From the NCBI GenBank assembly GCA_964016885.1, contig OZ024741.1, forward strand, positions 75,144,001 to 75,208,000: 64,000 nucleotides of DNA, given 5' to 3'. Shown in pieces: positions 51,800-64,000 of the stretch. The notes below the pieces were generated by a model. That model ran no database searches. It was not told the origin of the DNA and saw only the letters and a list, made by a program, of their open reading frames with translations. Position 1 is the stretch's first letter. Each line of letters opens with the position of its first letter. Source of the DNA: Eledone cirrhosa (taxonomy: Eukaryota). Both the position numbers and the translations under genes were made by a program.

Positions 51800-52930
51800 T
51801 TTGTTAGGTTTTGGCCAGTATTGACCCAGGTCATGTCTAACTTAATAGCACCACCAGGCAAAATCTTTCGAATCATGATTTGGACACCATGGCCCAATCA
51901 AGTGGAACGTTGTTATTTTCAGAGACATACGTATGTAGGGATTTATCTGGAATTTCTTGGAGGGATTTGTTCAAAGTGTTTTTGAGTTTTATGGGATTTG
52001 TTTCTGTTTTTATGTGTTTTGGTGTAATGTTAAAGAGAGTGAGACCAGTTGAGGTGAAATAATTGTGCCATAATGTTGATATGAAATGTGAATTCGATTT
52101 TTGTTGTGGGGGGATAGCATGGGGCTCAAGCCATATGTGTATTTTAAAGATGATGCCAACATCATTTGGGCAATGCTGATGGAAGATGTTCCACATCAGG
52201 TAGACAAAGTAGTGCTCACAGCAGTGTTTGAGAGAGTAGAGTTTCAGCTTTTCTTGTCAACCTCAAAAGTCAAGTCATGTCATGCTGTCAATCTTTTTTG
52301 TGAGTGACCTTTGAAGTGTTTCAATTTTCATAATACTTTGTTTTGTCTGAGGAGACCAACGTGGATAACAGTAATCAAGGTGAGACTGGGCTAAAGTAGC
52401 AAAGAGAAGGATAATAATGTGGAAATCTCTTGACTGGTAAGTTTTGAGAATCCAGGAACACATCCTGCAGGCCATGCCAACTTTGGTGTTAATATGAATG
52501 GCCCAGCTTATATTATTATTAACAACTACTCCCAGGTCTCTGATGTTGTTGGATACCATGAGGGTTTCACCTGGATGGGGGTGGGGGGTGGGGTGGGGTA
52601 TCATAATTTCAGTGCATCCTCTTTCCAAAGTGGATTAGTTCAAATTTATCCTCATTCAGTAACATGCTGTTCTTAACCACCTATTTGATAACAGCAAGTA
52701 GATCTGATTGAAGGCATGTCCAGTCTCCCACACCATTGATAATCTTCTGGAGCTTGGAATCATCTGCAAAGATTCTTCTGTTGCTGTGCTTGATGACATC
52801 AATCATGTTGGGCTTTGTTTTTCAGGAAACACTTGATGCACTGTAGAAACCTTCAAGAAACACCAATATTGGATAGTTTTTTGTGATCAACCCTGTCAAA
52901 GGCATTGCTGAAATCAAAGTATATGAAGTA
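51800..52930 (-). pseudogene. CR1-clade LINE ORF2 3' remnant
   Basis: RDLGVVVNNNISWAIHIN...SHLDYCYPRWSP...KIETLQRSLTKKI, with upstream FADDS and DFS motifs in the reverse complement. Confidence 0.8.
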
Positions 52931-53153
52931 CAATGATAAATAGGAGTGGGCTGAGGACTGATTTCTGATAGACTCCTGACTGCACTTCAAATTCAACACT
53001 GTACTCATTGCCGACTTTCACTCTGCAGGTTGCTCATCTATACGTGGCCTGCACAGCCCTCACAAGCCATTCATCTACACCTAGCTTCCTAAGTACTCAC
53101 CTGATTATAGACCATGGTAGCCTGCCAAAGGCCTATACATATATATAGATACA

Positions 53154-53224
<71 letters not shown>

Positions 53225-53300
53225 TTATAGTAAGTTATTCCGGGTTGAATCGGAGGTAACCACAGTAAGTAAGGTACTCAATACATAGCAGAGTATAAAG

Positions 53301-53420
53301 TTTTAATATAGATGAGATTCTACAGGACTAGAACTGTTTCATTCTTGAGAAATCATCAGGAATCCATGATGATTTCTCAAGAATGAAACAGTTCTAGTCC
53401 TGTAGAATTTCATCTATATT

Positions 53421-53424
<4 letters not shown>
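53301..53424. repeat. Head-to-head pLTR palindrome centred at ~53362 with HHR-like cores
   Basis: ...gaactgtttcattcttgagaaatcatca-ggaatcca-tgatgatttctcaagaatgaaacagttc...; minus strand CUGAUGA-UUUCUCAAGAAU-GAAAC. Confidence 0.8.
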
Positions 53425-53470
<46 letters not shown>

Positions 53471-53834
53471 CATATATATTACGGTTACGTAAGGAAGAAA
53501 CATTGTAAGCCAATAAAAATCTTTTGATGTTGTAGACGCTCTTGTGTTCTTTATCATATATACGGCTCTGCTCCAAAGCATAGAGCTAATTATTATGCTG
53601 CCAATACCTTAATGGGACACGGGTATACAATACCTAACTCCTATTAACCTAAGTATTACATATATATATATATGTGTGTATATATATATGTGTGTAGGAA
53701 AAGTAAATAACAACAACAAGGAGTACAGTTACGAAAGGTGTTAGGTATTAGGTTCACGCTTGAGAGTAGGGGCTGGTGGATATATATATAACAAAAAGAA
53801 ATTGAAAATGCAACTAGACTCATTTAAGAACATT

Positions 53835-54222
53835 AGGTTAACTTTGCCTTTTATCCTTACGGGGTCGATAAAATAAAGTACCAGTAATGTACTGGGTAAT
53901 TGCTGGCCTTGTGCCAATAGTAGAAACAATTATTGGCAGTATCGGTAGTGGGTCGGACGTCATGCTTTGACGTATAGAGTTACGGCCCTTGCCATTCTGA
54001 GTTCAAATCCCGCCCAGGTTAACTTTGCCTTTCATCCTTATGGGGTCGATAAAATAAAGTACCAGTAATGCACTGGATAATTGCTGGCCTTGTGCCAAAC
54101 GTAGAAACAATTATTTATTTTACCGGTTAACTTTGCCTTTCATCCTTATGGGGTCAATAAAATAAAGTACCAGTAATGTACTGGTAATTGCTGGCCTTGT
54201 GTCAAAAAGTAGAAACAATTAT
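53835..54222 (+). mobile_element. Three tandem S1 SINE copies or fragments
   Basis: The ggttaactttgccttt...gtagaaacaatta unit occurs at ~53835, ~54017 and ~54125. Confidence 0.85.
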
Positions 54223-54875
54223 TTATTTTACCGGTTTCACAATGCTTATGATTATCAAAAATTGAGATAGAGGGTTTGTGTTTCTGTTGAGGTATGTCTC
54301 GTATCTAACTGGAGTTCGAAAATTATTTGTTTTATACAAAAAACGTGTCTCAGGCTGCAATTTGTTTAAACTGTAATTTTGTTGGTTGATGGCAGACACG
54401 GGATTAGATACAGTAATTTTTGCGTAAAAAAAGTTGGATCAAAATTGCTATTTGCCATTTTATTTGTTGGTAAGAGTCACATGATTAGGCATTATACACA
54501 CACACACACACACACATTTAAAGCTCTCTAGACACATGTATTTGGGAGAAAAAAAACAAGTAATTAATTATGAATGGAATTTTTCTAATTACTTTATGTG
54601 GAATTAATATATTGCTGAAATAAAAAATTCACTTTATTAATTGTGAGGAGCATAAATATACTCTAAACACATTTTTTATTGCAAGATATTATGTTGCACA
54701 ATTGTATATAGTACGTAATGTTCAGAAGATCCCGTTAAGGGTGAAAGCAGCGATTCTTTGCTTAAACTTTAATCTGTTATTTTAATAAATATTTGCTCTA
54801 CGGTTCTTATATATTTGATATATATTTATCCTTATCGAACCCTCTTTGGATTTTAGTCTTCAAATTTATTATTAT

Positions 54876-54932
<57 letters not shown>

Positions 54933-54936
<4 letters not shown>

Positions 54937-55112
54937 TAACGAAGGAGTTGTGGTAAGAAACCAGATGCATCATAACGCACCAGAGTACTCAATACTTAGG
55001 GTAGTAGAGTGGGTAATAGGAAAATGTATGATCCCGACGGCAGAGCTCAAGCCATTTCGACGGCTATTTCTGTCCAGAAATAATAGCCGTCGAAACGGCA
55101 GGAGCTCTGCCG
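54933..55112. repeat. Head-to-head family A pLTR remnant between (TA)n runs
   Basis: taggaaaatgtatga...tttcgacggctatt ... aatagccgtcgaaa...tcatacattttccta. Confidence 0.85.
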
Positions 55113-55129
55113 CCGGGGTCATACATTTT

Positions 55130-55186
<57 letters not shown>

Positions 55187-55188
<2 letters not shown>

Positions 55189-57237
55189 GTTTAGTGCTCT
55201 GTGTGGAGAGTCAGAGGAGAGAGAGATTGGATAGACTGAGGAGAGTGTGACGGGGAGGTACGGGCACTTCACCAATGCAGTGGCGGAAGCAAGTGAAACC
55301 CTGGTGCCGAGGAAAAAGAACAAAGGGAAGCACGTCAGCTCTGCAAACCCAAAAGTGTGTGCAGCCAGAGAACACCTGAAAGCTGCCAAGGACCAATTCT
55401 ATGCTGATCCTACGGAGGAGAGGATGGAGACTGTGGAGGTGATGAGGGAAGAGCTCTGTACCGCTTACACTGAGGTCAGAGAGGAGGCACTGATAGAGAA
55501 GATCAGAAGTGTGGAGAGAGCGGTTGACAGATCTGGATGTAAGGAGAGCTGGATGATCATCAACGAGATCACAGGGAGGAAGAGAAGGTGTTCGAGTCAG
55601 ATCCAGGGAACGGGGCCCGAGGATAGGAAGAGGAAATGGCTAGACCATTTTAGGACCCTACTAGGAGAGCCACCCTCCACAGCCCAGAGCACTAGGGAGA
55701 TCAGGCGGCTGTTTGAGGAACTGGATGTTGAGACAGAGCCCTTCACCAGAGAGGAGCTTCAGAGAGCCAAGAAGAGGATCAAGGAGGGCAAGGCTCATGG
55801 AGAAGATGGAGTGGCATCAGAGGTGATGAAGAGGTGTAATCCTGGGGTTCTGTAATGGGGCACTGGAGAAAGGAGTTGGCCCGAATCAGTGGAGGATCAG
55901 TAACATCGTCCCAGTGCCAAAGAAGGGAGATCTCTCTAAAACCAACAACTACCGGGGGATCTCACTGACGTCACTTGTGGAAAAGACCCTCAACAGGATG
56001 ATTCTTAATAGGATCCAGCCTAAGATGGAGAAGAAGCTCAGGGACAACCAGAACGGCTTCAGAGAGGGTAGATCAACCACCAGTTACATCCTGATGCTGA
56101 GGAGGATATTAGAGGGAGCTAGAGCAAAGTGCCTTCCTGCGGTCATGGTTTTCATTGACTTTAGGAAGGCCTTTGATTCTGTGGACCGTTACTGCCTGAT
56201 GAAGATCTTACAGGCTTATGGAATCCCCAAGAAGATAGTGGACCTGATATAACTGCTCTACACCAACACCAAAGCCCAAGTCATTACACCTGATGGGATG
56301 ACAGAGTTCTTTGAGATACTGGCTGGAGTGCTCCAGGGAGATACATTGGCTCCCTACCTTTTTATCATCGTAGTGGACTATTGTATGCGCCTTGCACTGG
56401 AGAAACACCAGGACTCTGGCTTTACTGTAGCACCGGCTCAGAGCAGGAGAGTTAGGGCGAAAAAGGTATCGGATGCTGAATTTGCCGACGACATAGTTTT
56501 GGTGACAAATACAGTGAAGGAGGCAGAGGACTTGATGCGGGAAGTTGAGACTGTGTCGATGAGTGTGGGGCTGATAATGAATGAGACTAAAACAAAATAT
56601 CTGGTAGAGAATGTTGAGAAGCCAGAGGGGATCACTAATGTAGGCGGGAAGCCGCTGGAATTGGTTGAGGACTTCCTGTATTTGGGAGCAAAGATTGGGA
56701 ATACGGAGGATGATGTGGTTGAGAGGAAGAGCAATGCCTGGGCGGCGTGCCACAGCTTGAGATCGGTTTGGAAGTCGGACCTTCGTAGAGCCCTGAAAAT
56801 CCGCCTCTTCATTGCTGTAGTGGAGTCTGTGCTGCTGTATGGGTCTGAGACTTGGACACTGACCAAGAAACTCACTCAGATGGTGGATGGGTGCTACACG
56901 AGAATGCTGAAGATGGCTCTGAACATTAATCAGTATACACTGAGGATGAAAAACTCAGAGTTGTATGGGAGCATCCCAAAAGTCAGCTCAAAAGTGACAC
57001 AGAGGAGACTGAGGTTAGCTGGACATGCTCACCGACATCCAGAGTTGACATTGCACTCAGTACTCCTTTGGGAGCCCCTACATGGACACACTAGAAGAGG
57101 AAGACCAAAGTTAACGTATGTTGATGCCCTAAGGACAGACACTGGTCTGTTGGAGATGCAGGACATGGCAGCGATAATGAGGGACAGAGACCGCTGGAGA
57201 GAACTCGTCCATGGATCTCGGGAATTTTACCCGCCTT

Positions 57238-57239
<2 letters not shown>
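55187..57239 (+). mobile_element. 5'-truncated RTE-clade LINE (RT domain, disrupted) inside (TA)n
   Basis: PKKGDLS..NYRGISL, QNGFR, FIDFRKAFDSV, GVLQGDTLAPYLF, FADDIVL, FLYLG, LLYGSETW, RLRLAGH, RGRP. Confidence 0.93.
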
Positions 57240-57318
<79 letters not shown>

Positions 57319-57344
57319 TATATATATGTACATATAATAACAGA

Positions 57345-58318
57345 AATACATATAGTAACGTAAATAACAACACAATCGGTACAGTATATGGAAGGGATAT
57401 ACTAGGTTAACGCTTGATATAGCAGGAAGAGGGTCGTAACGTTTCGGACGCTTGTCCTTCATTAGAAGAATAAATGAGAAATAAGATAGATTGATGGGAT
57501 GGAATTGGAAAAAATGTCTTTAGATAAAAATAAGAGGTACATTCATGTTAACATCTCTTGCAAAACTGTTGAACTGTTGGTGCTGGCGTATTGTGTATGA
57601 TTTATCTTTAGAAAAGTGGATGATGGAGCGCGTCTACCTGAAATGGAAAAAATAACATTTTGTAAAAAGAGCTATACTTGAGCACGTGCGTAAACATGTG
57701 TTTGTGTGTGTGTGTTATTATACGTCCGTACGAAGCTAAGAAGAAATGTGTGTGTATATGTGAGTAAAAGAGTATGTGTGTGCATGTAAGTACGAAGCTA
57801 TGAGCAAAAGTATGTTAATATAAGGGTGTGTATGTGTTTATACAGAGCAGAGAAGGGAAAAGTGGAGTGAGTATATATAGTCGGCATGTATTAGTTGTAA
57901 GAGAAGCTGCTAATGATCAAGAGAATGTGATAGGAATCTAAGGGTGTGATAATGGACGGGGTATTAGAGAAATTGGGGAGGTGAGTTGAGTCCAAGGGGG
58001 GGAATAGGACCCAAGGCGGTGAATCAGACTTTGTTCAGTCCTGGTGTGCGAGGCCTGTGATCCATGATGTAAAAGGACACCCAGGACTGAAACATGTAGG
58101 GAAGAATGACCAGGAGAACAGAAATGACGGGCGACAGGAGTATCCAAACCGAGTCGTACGTCCCTCAAATGATCGGCAAAATTGTCCATACGGTGTCCTG
58201 TTTGTCCGATATATAAAGACCCGCAAAAGGAACACCGGAGGGCATAGACAACGTGAGTGGATGTGCAGGTGAAGGAATGGTGGATACAGAAAGACCCGTT
58301 AGGGCCTGTAAGAGTGGT
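57345..58318 (-). mobile_element. 5'-truncated Neptune-type PLE: GIY-YIG plus 3' pLTR with HHR-like motif at ~57433-57470
   Basis: FTCTSTHVVYALRCSFCGSLYIGQT...F-DHL...PVARHF...EQSLIHRLG. Minus strand CUAAUGA-AGGAC-AAGC-GUCC-GAAACGUU (core mutated). Confidence 0.85.
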
Positions 58319-58344
58319 ATATATATATATTAATATATGGGATA

Positions 58345-58680
58345 ACAAATTATCGTTATAGGTAATCCAGTTAGAGGTAGTGAGTACTCTGTATTGTGGA
58401 TAGTTTTAACGTACGGCGTTGTTTGACTCAACAAGAGGTTTCCTTAGTTAGGTGGCGAGTTCTCGGGAATTCCTATGCAGGTTAATCTTGGAGTAATAAT
58501 AGTGAAATAGTGAAGAATAACATGGTCATCAGTACAAAAAGGGTTTTATTTACAGTATTAACAATTGTTTCATTGATTAGGGTGTCTAAAAATTGCTAAT
58601 CACTTGAAGTTGTGTCACTCAATTTTAAATACATGCATGCCTAATCAAATCATCGAAATAACATAAAAATTATACACGGC
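58345..58680 (-). mobile_element. Diverged family D pLTR with HHR-like fold at 58556-58660
   Basis: Homologous to 31170-31460; UAUU-UCGAUGA-UUUGAUUAGG...CCUAAUCAAU-GAAAC-AAUU-GUU-AAUA. Confidence 0.65.
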
Positions 58681-58751
58681 GTTTGTAATATACTAGGAAA
58701 ATACAAATAACAACATCAGTAATAAAGAAAGTAAAAGAAAAAAGAGAGAGA

Positions 58752-58900
58752 GAAAAAGAAAAAGAAAAAGAAAAAGAAAAAGAAAAAGAAAAGAAAAAGA
58801 AAAAGAAAAAGAAAAAGAAAAAGAAAAAGAAAAAGAAAAAGAAAAAGAAAAATAAAAAGAAAAATAAAAAGAAAAATAAAAAGAAAAATAAAAAGAAAAA
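58752..58900. repeat. (GAAAAA)n hexanucleotide microsatellite
   Basis: Directly visible. Confidence 0.95.
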
Positions 58901-59104
58901 AAAAATAGTAAATAATAATAAATAAGTTAGAATGAGGATGGTAAAAAATAAGTAAAAAAAAAAATAAGCGAAGATAATACGTCGTTATGTGGACCAGTGA
59001 GAACAAATACACGCAAAGACAAAACTACGTTTATGGTATAAATGGAATCATTCGACTTATATTCTATTTAGGAAACTGAATGATTCTCGGCTTCGGAGTT
59101 AAGA

Positions 59105-59243
59105 ATAATTGTTTCTACTTTTGGCACAAGGCCAGCAATTACCAGTGTATTACTGGTACTTTATTTTATCGACCCCATAAGGATGAAAGGCAAAGTTAAG
59201 CTCGGCGGGATTTGAACTCAGAATGGCAAGGGCCGTAACTCTA
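59105..59243 (-). mobile_element. S1 SINE, reverse strand, 5'-truncated
   Basis: Reverse complement of the S1 core and B box. Confidence 0.85.
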
Positions 59244-59879
59244 TAAATAAATTAGTTGAACGAAAATGACAGAGGTTATTAAAATCATAAATGTAATAAT
59301 AATTAAATATATACAGACACACATCTATACACGTACATACACGTGCATACGCGAAAACACACGTCATGCATGCATATACATGCACGCACACATAAACACG
59401 CGCACACGTACGTAAACTAACACGACACATGTACCTGCACACATACGAGCGTATACACCAAATACACATATGAAAATATATGTGTGTGTATATATACATA
59501 TAATTATATAAACGTATATAAATATACACACATAAATACGTATATAACGCACACACACACATACCTACAGGTAAATACACATATGTTCACCAAACGTACA
59601 TATACCAAAACCCAATGTACACATATACACACCTTACATACGGGCAAACATGCAAACACGCATACCAATATACATGCGCAAACAGGAAATACACATATAC
59701 ACATAACCATATACACACATACCAGTATATATAATATATACACCTATAACAAATACAAGCATATATACGTATGAGAAAGCATACGTACCTCCACAAAACA
59801 TACGGGTAAGGTATACTTACCTATACAAATAAGTAATGGTATAAACATAAAATATACTTAGCTACCACATCAAGACGTA

Positions 59880-61058
59880 AATTATCCGCGTATTGATCGT
59901 ACTATCCGTTAGGGTATAATGTGGGACTGTAATACAGGAAAGTTTTATGCAATTTGTGTTTATAAGCCGAAATTGCCTCAGATTTTTTGTTTAAGATGTG
60001 ATCATTGGCGTAGAGTATTTCCAGGGCTTCAGCGGCGCAAATATCGCATGGTCTTTTAGTTCCGGTATACGATCTAGCTTTAGCTAGGATCTCCAAGTGT
60101 AAGCTATATTGGGTGTGGTTGTCTTTTAAACTCCAGATATAAGCTGAAAGTGACGTCATATTCCTTCTTTTACAGTTAATACTAGCTACAGGGTTGAACG
60201 TGTTACTATTGCCAGGTAATTTAGCTAAATTTGAAGCAGTGATGTTATGCGCAAAGTTAGGAGCCGTGGAGTAAGATATTTTAACGGTATTTCTATTAAA
60301 AATCTTATTATATTTTTATGTGCTGATGGGAAATGTTTCTTAATAAGGGAGAGAAAGATTTTAGCTAATGGTGTGGCCACCTCCATAATATATAGTGGGT
60401 TATACCATATAATGCCTCTTAATCTATTTTTCCTAGGTTTATGCTCATACTTATTATATGCTACCTTATCGACAAATCCACTCCGAGCACGATCTTCATT
60501 GTAATATGTGGAATGGTCGGTGAAAATATGCTCGTTTGTAGGTAGACGGGAAAGCCTCAAAGAAACGTTTCTTACCAGCGTCTTGGTTATGCTGGCAGGA
60601 TAGTTAGAATGCTTACTGATGTAATTAAGAGTATCATTCGGCTTTCTATACGGGTAGTGCAAGCCATTCGACAAATTGAGAGTAACGTCGAGGTAGTTTA
60701 CGATCGAAGGTTGGCCTCAACTTATATGGAGAGGTTGAAGCCTTTAAAGAAGGCTGTGAGTTCTTTTCTAAACCTGTCGCAAGCGCGGGGACTGCATTTT
60801 GTCATGGTCAAAAGACCGTCATCGCGGTACAAACCACCGCACACATTAGGGAATTCTTCCTGAATAGAGAAAAGAAGGAAATGGCCGATAAGATCTGTAA
60901 CCTCCGCCGAATTGCTGGCGCCCATACTCACGTCGAAAGGGGTACTATTAGATTTTTTTATCCAAATAGAGTCGTTGAAATTAATCACTGACTTACGGGC
61001 ATTCAGGATGACATCAACTTCGAAATCCTTAACCACCGTGAGCGTTTTAGCGAAATTG
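59880..61058 (-). pseudogene. Decayed PLE ORF, paralog of 32187-34352
   Basis: ILNARKS...[23 protein letters not shown]...GGLYRDDGL, PYRKPND, IIWYNP, TSLSAYIWSLKD, CDIC. Confidence 0.9.
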
Positions 61059-61087
61059 ATGTATATATGTATATATATATATATATG

Positions 61088-61208
<121 letters not shown>

Positions 61209-61554
61209 AAATGTGTGTAATCCTTGGTTCATTTAGGTATATTAAGACAGGGGGGAAGAAAAAATGGCTTCACTTGTGCTTTCAACAAATTTATTTTCTT
61301 CACAAAATCCAAAAAGAATTTTTTTCCCGGATTAGAAAAAAAATTTTTTTTCTTAAAAAAAATTATTTTATAAATTAAGTTAGGTCTTAGGAGTTCTTGG
61401 TTAACGTAGGAGGTATTGTTTGGTTTTTAGAACGACCTTTCACGCTGAGGTGCGCTTGTCAAACTGATGCGTATGTGGTGTGTTGTTCTATATATAGGGA
61501 TTCAACATGTCTGTGGTGTGGTGGGGGTTATATATATATATATATGCATATATG

Positions 61555-61599
<45 letters not shown>

Positions 61600-61649
61600 T
61601 TATATATATATGTATATATATGTATATATGTATATATGTATATATGTAT

Positions 61650-61840
61650 ATATTGGTAAAAGGAAAAGAAAATGCTGACAAATTGTTCCCAGTGAAAAAT
61701 AGTTTAATTAGGAATAAGTAAAAATTAGTAATAGTACTGGTTAGTATTCAGTTTTGGTTTTAAGTTTTACCGGTTGCGTATTTCTAATGCTTTTCAAAAA
61801 TAATTTTGAGATAGAGCGCCCGTGATGTTTGCTCTAATCT
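61650..61840 (-). mobile_element. Family C pLTR remnant
   Basis: Near-identical to 42878-43068. Confidence 0.75.
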
Positions 61841-62934
61841 GATTAGTTTTGGAAATTCTACCTGTTTTATGTAAAAAAAGTGGCTCCAGATGTATGAAAA
61901 AATTCTTGTGGTCAAAACAATTTTGATTGGTCGGTAGAGGTCATGTGAATGTTAAAAATTGATTTTGCGCCAAATGTAGGTTTGTCTCGGCTGATTGAGA
62001 AGTCACTGAAAAATAAGTCTTTCAAGACAAATATGTGTGTGTGTGTGTAGTAGTAGTAGTAGTAAAGAGGTTCGTTGTTGTGGTAATGGTCAGCAGGGAT
62101 GTGATTTTTGTTTTTAGAATCCAATATCAATAAATTGACCAGGATTTTTTCATTCTGATGATTGAAAGCAAAATTTTTTGCTTTTAAGAAACCACTGGTA
62201 AATGGAATAATTGCCTTATGTTGTTTATTACATAACTATTAAGCTCTGTTACCTACATAGAGCACTCTTTTTTCCTGGACTTTTCCGACGGAATTACTTC
62301 ATTCACACACACATATATATATATATCATCATCATCATCACTGTTTAACGGCCTTTTTTCCATACTAGCATGGGTTAGATGAGTTGTCCCATTGTGAGAC
62401 ACGTCAGATCTGATGAGCATGTCCTGACTTGGTTTCCATGGCTGAATGCCCTTCCTAATGACAACCACATTTACAATGCTAACTGGGTGCTTTTTATTAT
62501 GGAACCAAAATGACCCCTTTGCAGTATGAACTGGGTGCTTTTTGTCGTCACACTAACATTACCACTTTACAGTGTCGACTGGGCAGTTTTTGTCGTATCA
62601 CTAATATGACCACTTTACAGTGTGTATTAGTTACAGGGAGTGTGTGTGTGTGTATCGTTGTGTCCGTATGCTTATATATGTGTGTGTGTGTGTGTGTGGG
62701 GGGTACCATATATTTCACTTCCATACTGGCATGTTTGGATTGATCATTACAAAGTATGTTAATACTCAGTCAATGTTACTTTGCTTCCAGACAGCTGGCA
62801 GGCCACATCTCACTTACTTACTTTTGGTTTTGGCATGGTTTCTACAACAGGATGCTCTTCCTATTACCAACCACTTTACAGGCAGAGTGTAAATATAAAT
62901 ATATACTTGACTTGCTACCTGGCATTGCCCAATA

Positions 62935-63122
62935 AATAATTGTTTCTACTTTTGGCACAAGGCCAGCAATTATTCCAGTGTATTACTGCTACTTTATTTT
63001 ATCGACCCCGTAAGGATGAAAGGCAAAGTTAACCTGGGCAGGATTTGAACTCAGAGCGTAAAGGGCCATAACTCCATGTTGTGAAGCATGGCATATGACG
63101 CTCTACCAATTCTGCCAATTCA
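62935..63122 (-). mobile_element. S1 SINE, reverse strand
   Basis: Reverse complement includes the A box (tggcagaattgg), B box and core. Confidence 0.85.
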
Positions 63123-64000
63123 GCAATAAATAATGTGCTGAATTTGTTGCCAGTCTGTTAAATGTGAATCATGGTATATTTGCATGAATATATTATGTCA
63201 GAAACAATGTTTATATTATTTGAGACATAGATATAGATACACCTTTTTACAATATATCATTCACTCCATCTTGAACACTATCAAGCAAACCCCTCAGTCA
63301 TGGATGGTATAAAGAAAACTGGATGTTCTTGTCTGGAATGTCTTTGTCTAATTTCATATTATTCCTCTTCATATAGAATTTTAAGAAGTGAACAATATAT
63401 TTATATATATTATACTTGTAATATCCATGAAAATATAAAAAAAACTGGTTTGTTAATTCAAAGGTATGTGTTTATAAATATTTATAGCATCATTGTGAAA
63501 ATTTAGTGTTAGTCTTAGTGAGGTTTTGTAGTTTTCAAGAATGTCTTGCTGATGTGGTACATGACATTAAGTTAATATTACCTATTTTTGATTAACTACA
63601 CCTCTATAATAGAAGTTTACCTGGCACTGTCCAGGAGATAATGTACTGAATTGGTGGCTATTTTGTTGAATGAGAATCATAGTAATTCTACTGGATGATC
63701 ATGGGTGGAACATTTTAAAATAAGCCCAGATGGTAGATTTTTACAAAGACACTGGATCATCATGGGGGCGGCATTATTAAAAAAAAAAGGTGAATAGTCA
63801 CAGCTGAAGCACCTTCAAGAAAGATGGTAAATGGTCATGGCTAGAGAGCAAAATATAGAAATGACAATTTGAGAGGAGTTGGACATACAAAATTTCACAA
63901 AAATCGTGTGTTTCAGTGTTTGTATGTGAGTGTTTATGTGAGTGTGTATGAAAGAAAGACAGATTGTTTTTATGAGTATGATATTCAGATACATCGGGGG

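Noticed and set aside
61861-62006. Apparent minus-strand exon with good acceptor and donor
   Set aside because: All three frames contain stops.

Overview
AT-rich eukaryotic DNA, read by eye. The dense (TA)n/(CA)n microsatellites and the SINE/RTE repertoire suggest a cephalopod such as Octopus (inference). No host protein-coding gene could be supported. Nearly all real coding signal is decayed transposable elements: a frameshifted Helitron (21.1-27.3 kb), a hAT transposon with TIRs and 8-bp TSD (28.1-30.7 kb), a near-intact Penelope-like element (PLE) with two pLTRs and one nonsense codon (31.9-35.6 kb), further PLE fragments, RTE, CR1, CRE-like and Hero-like LINE pieces, a Chapaev3-like transposon, mariner remnants, piggyBac/hAT/Merlin-like MITEs and many tRNA-derived SINEs. 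The most striking structure is a dozen or more short modules embedded in (TA)n runs. Each is a head-to-head pair of PLE pLTR ends, and many carry minimal type I hammerhead ribozyme (HHR) motifs of several sequence families. Some pairs are palindromes that often fold at or near the ribozyme. Others join two different families, two of them through a perfect junction hairpin. A triple tandem of a ~607-bp RTE-derived unit with a candidate HDV-like ribozyme is also notable. Edges of degenerate elements are approximate.
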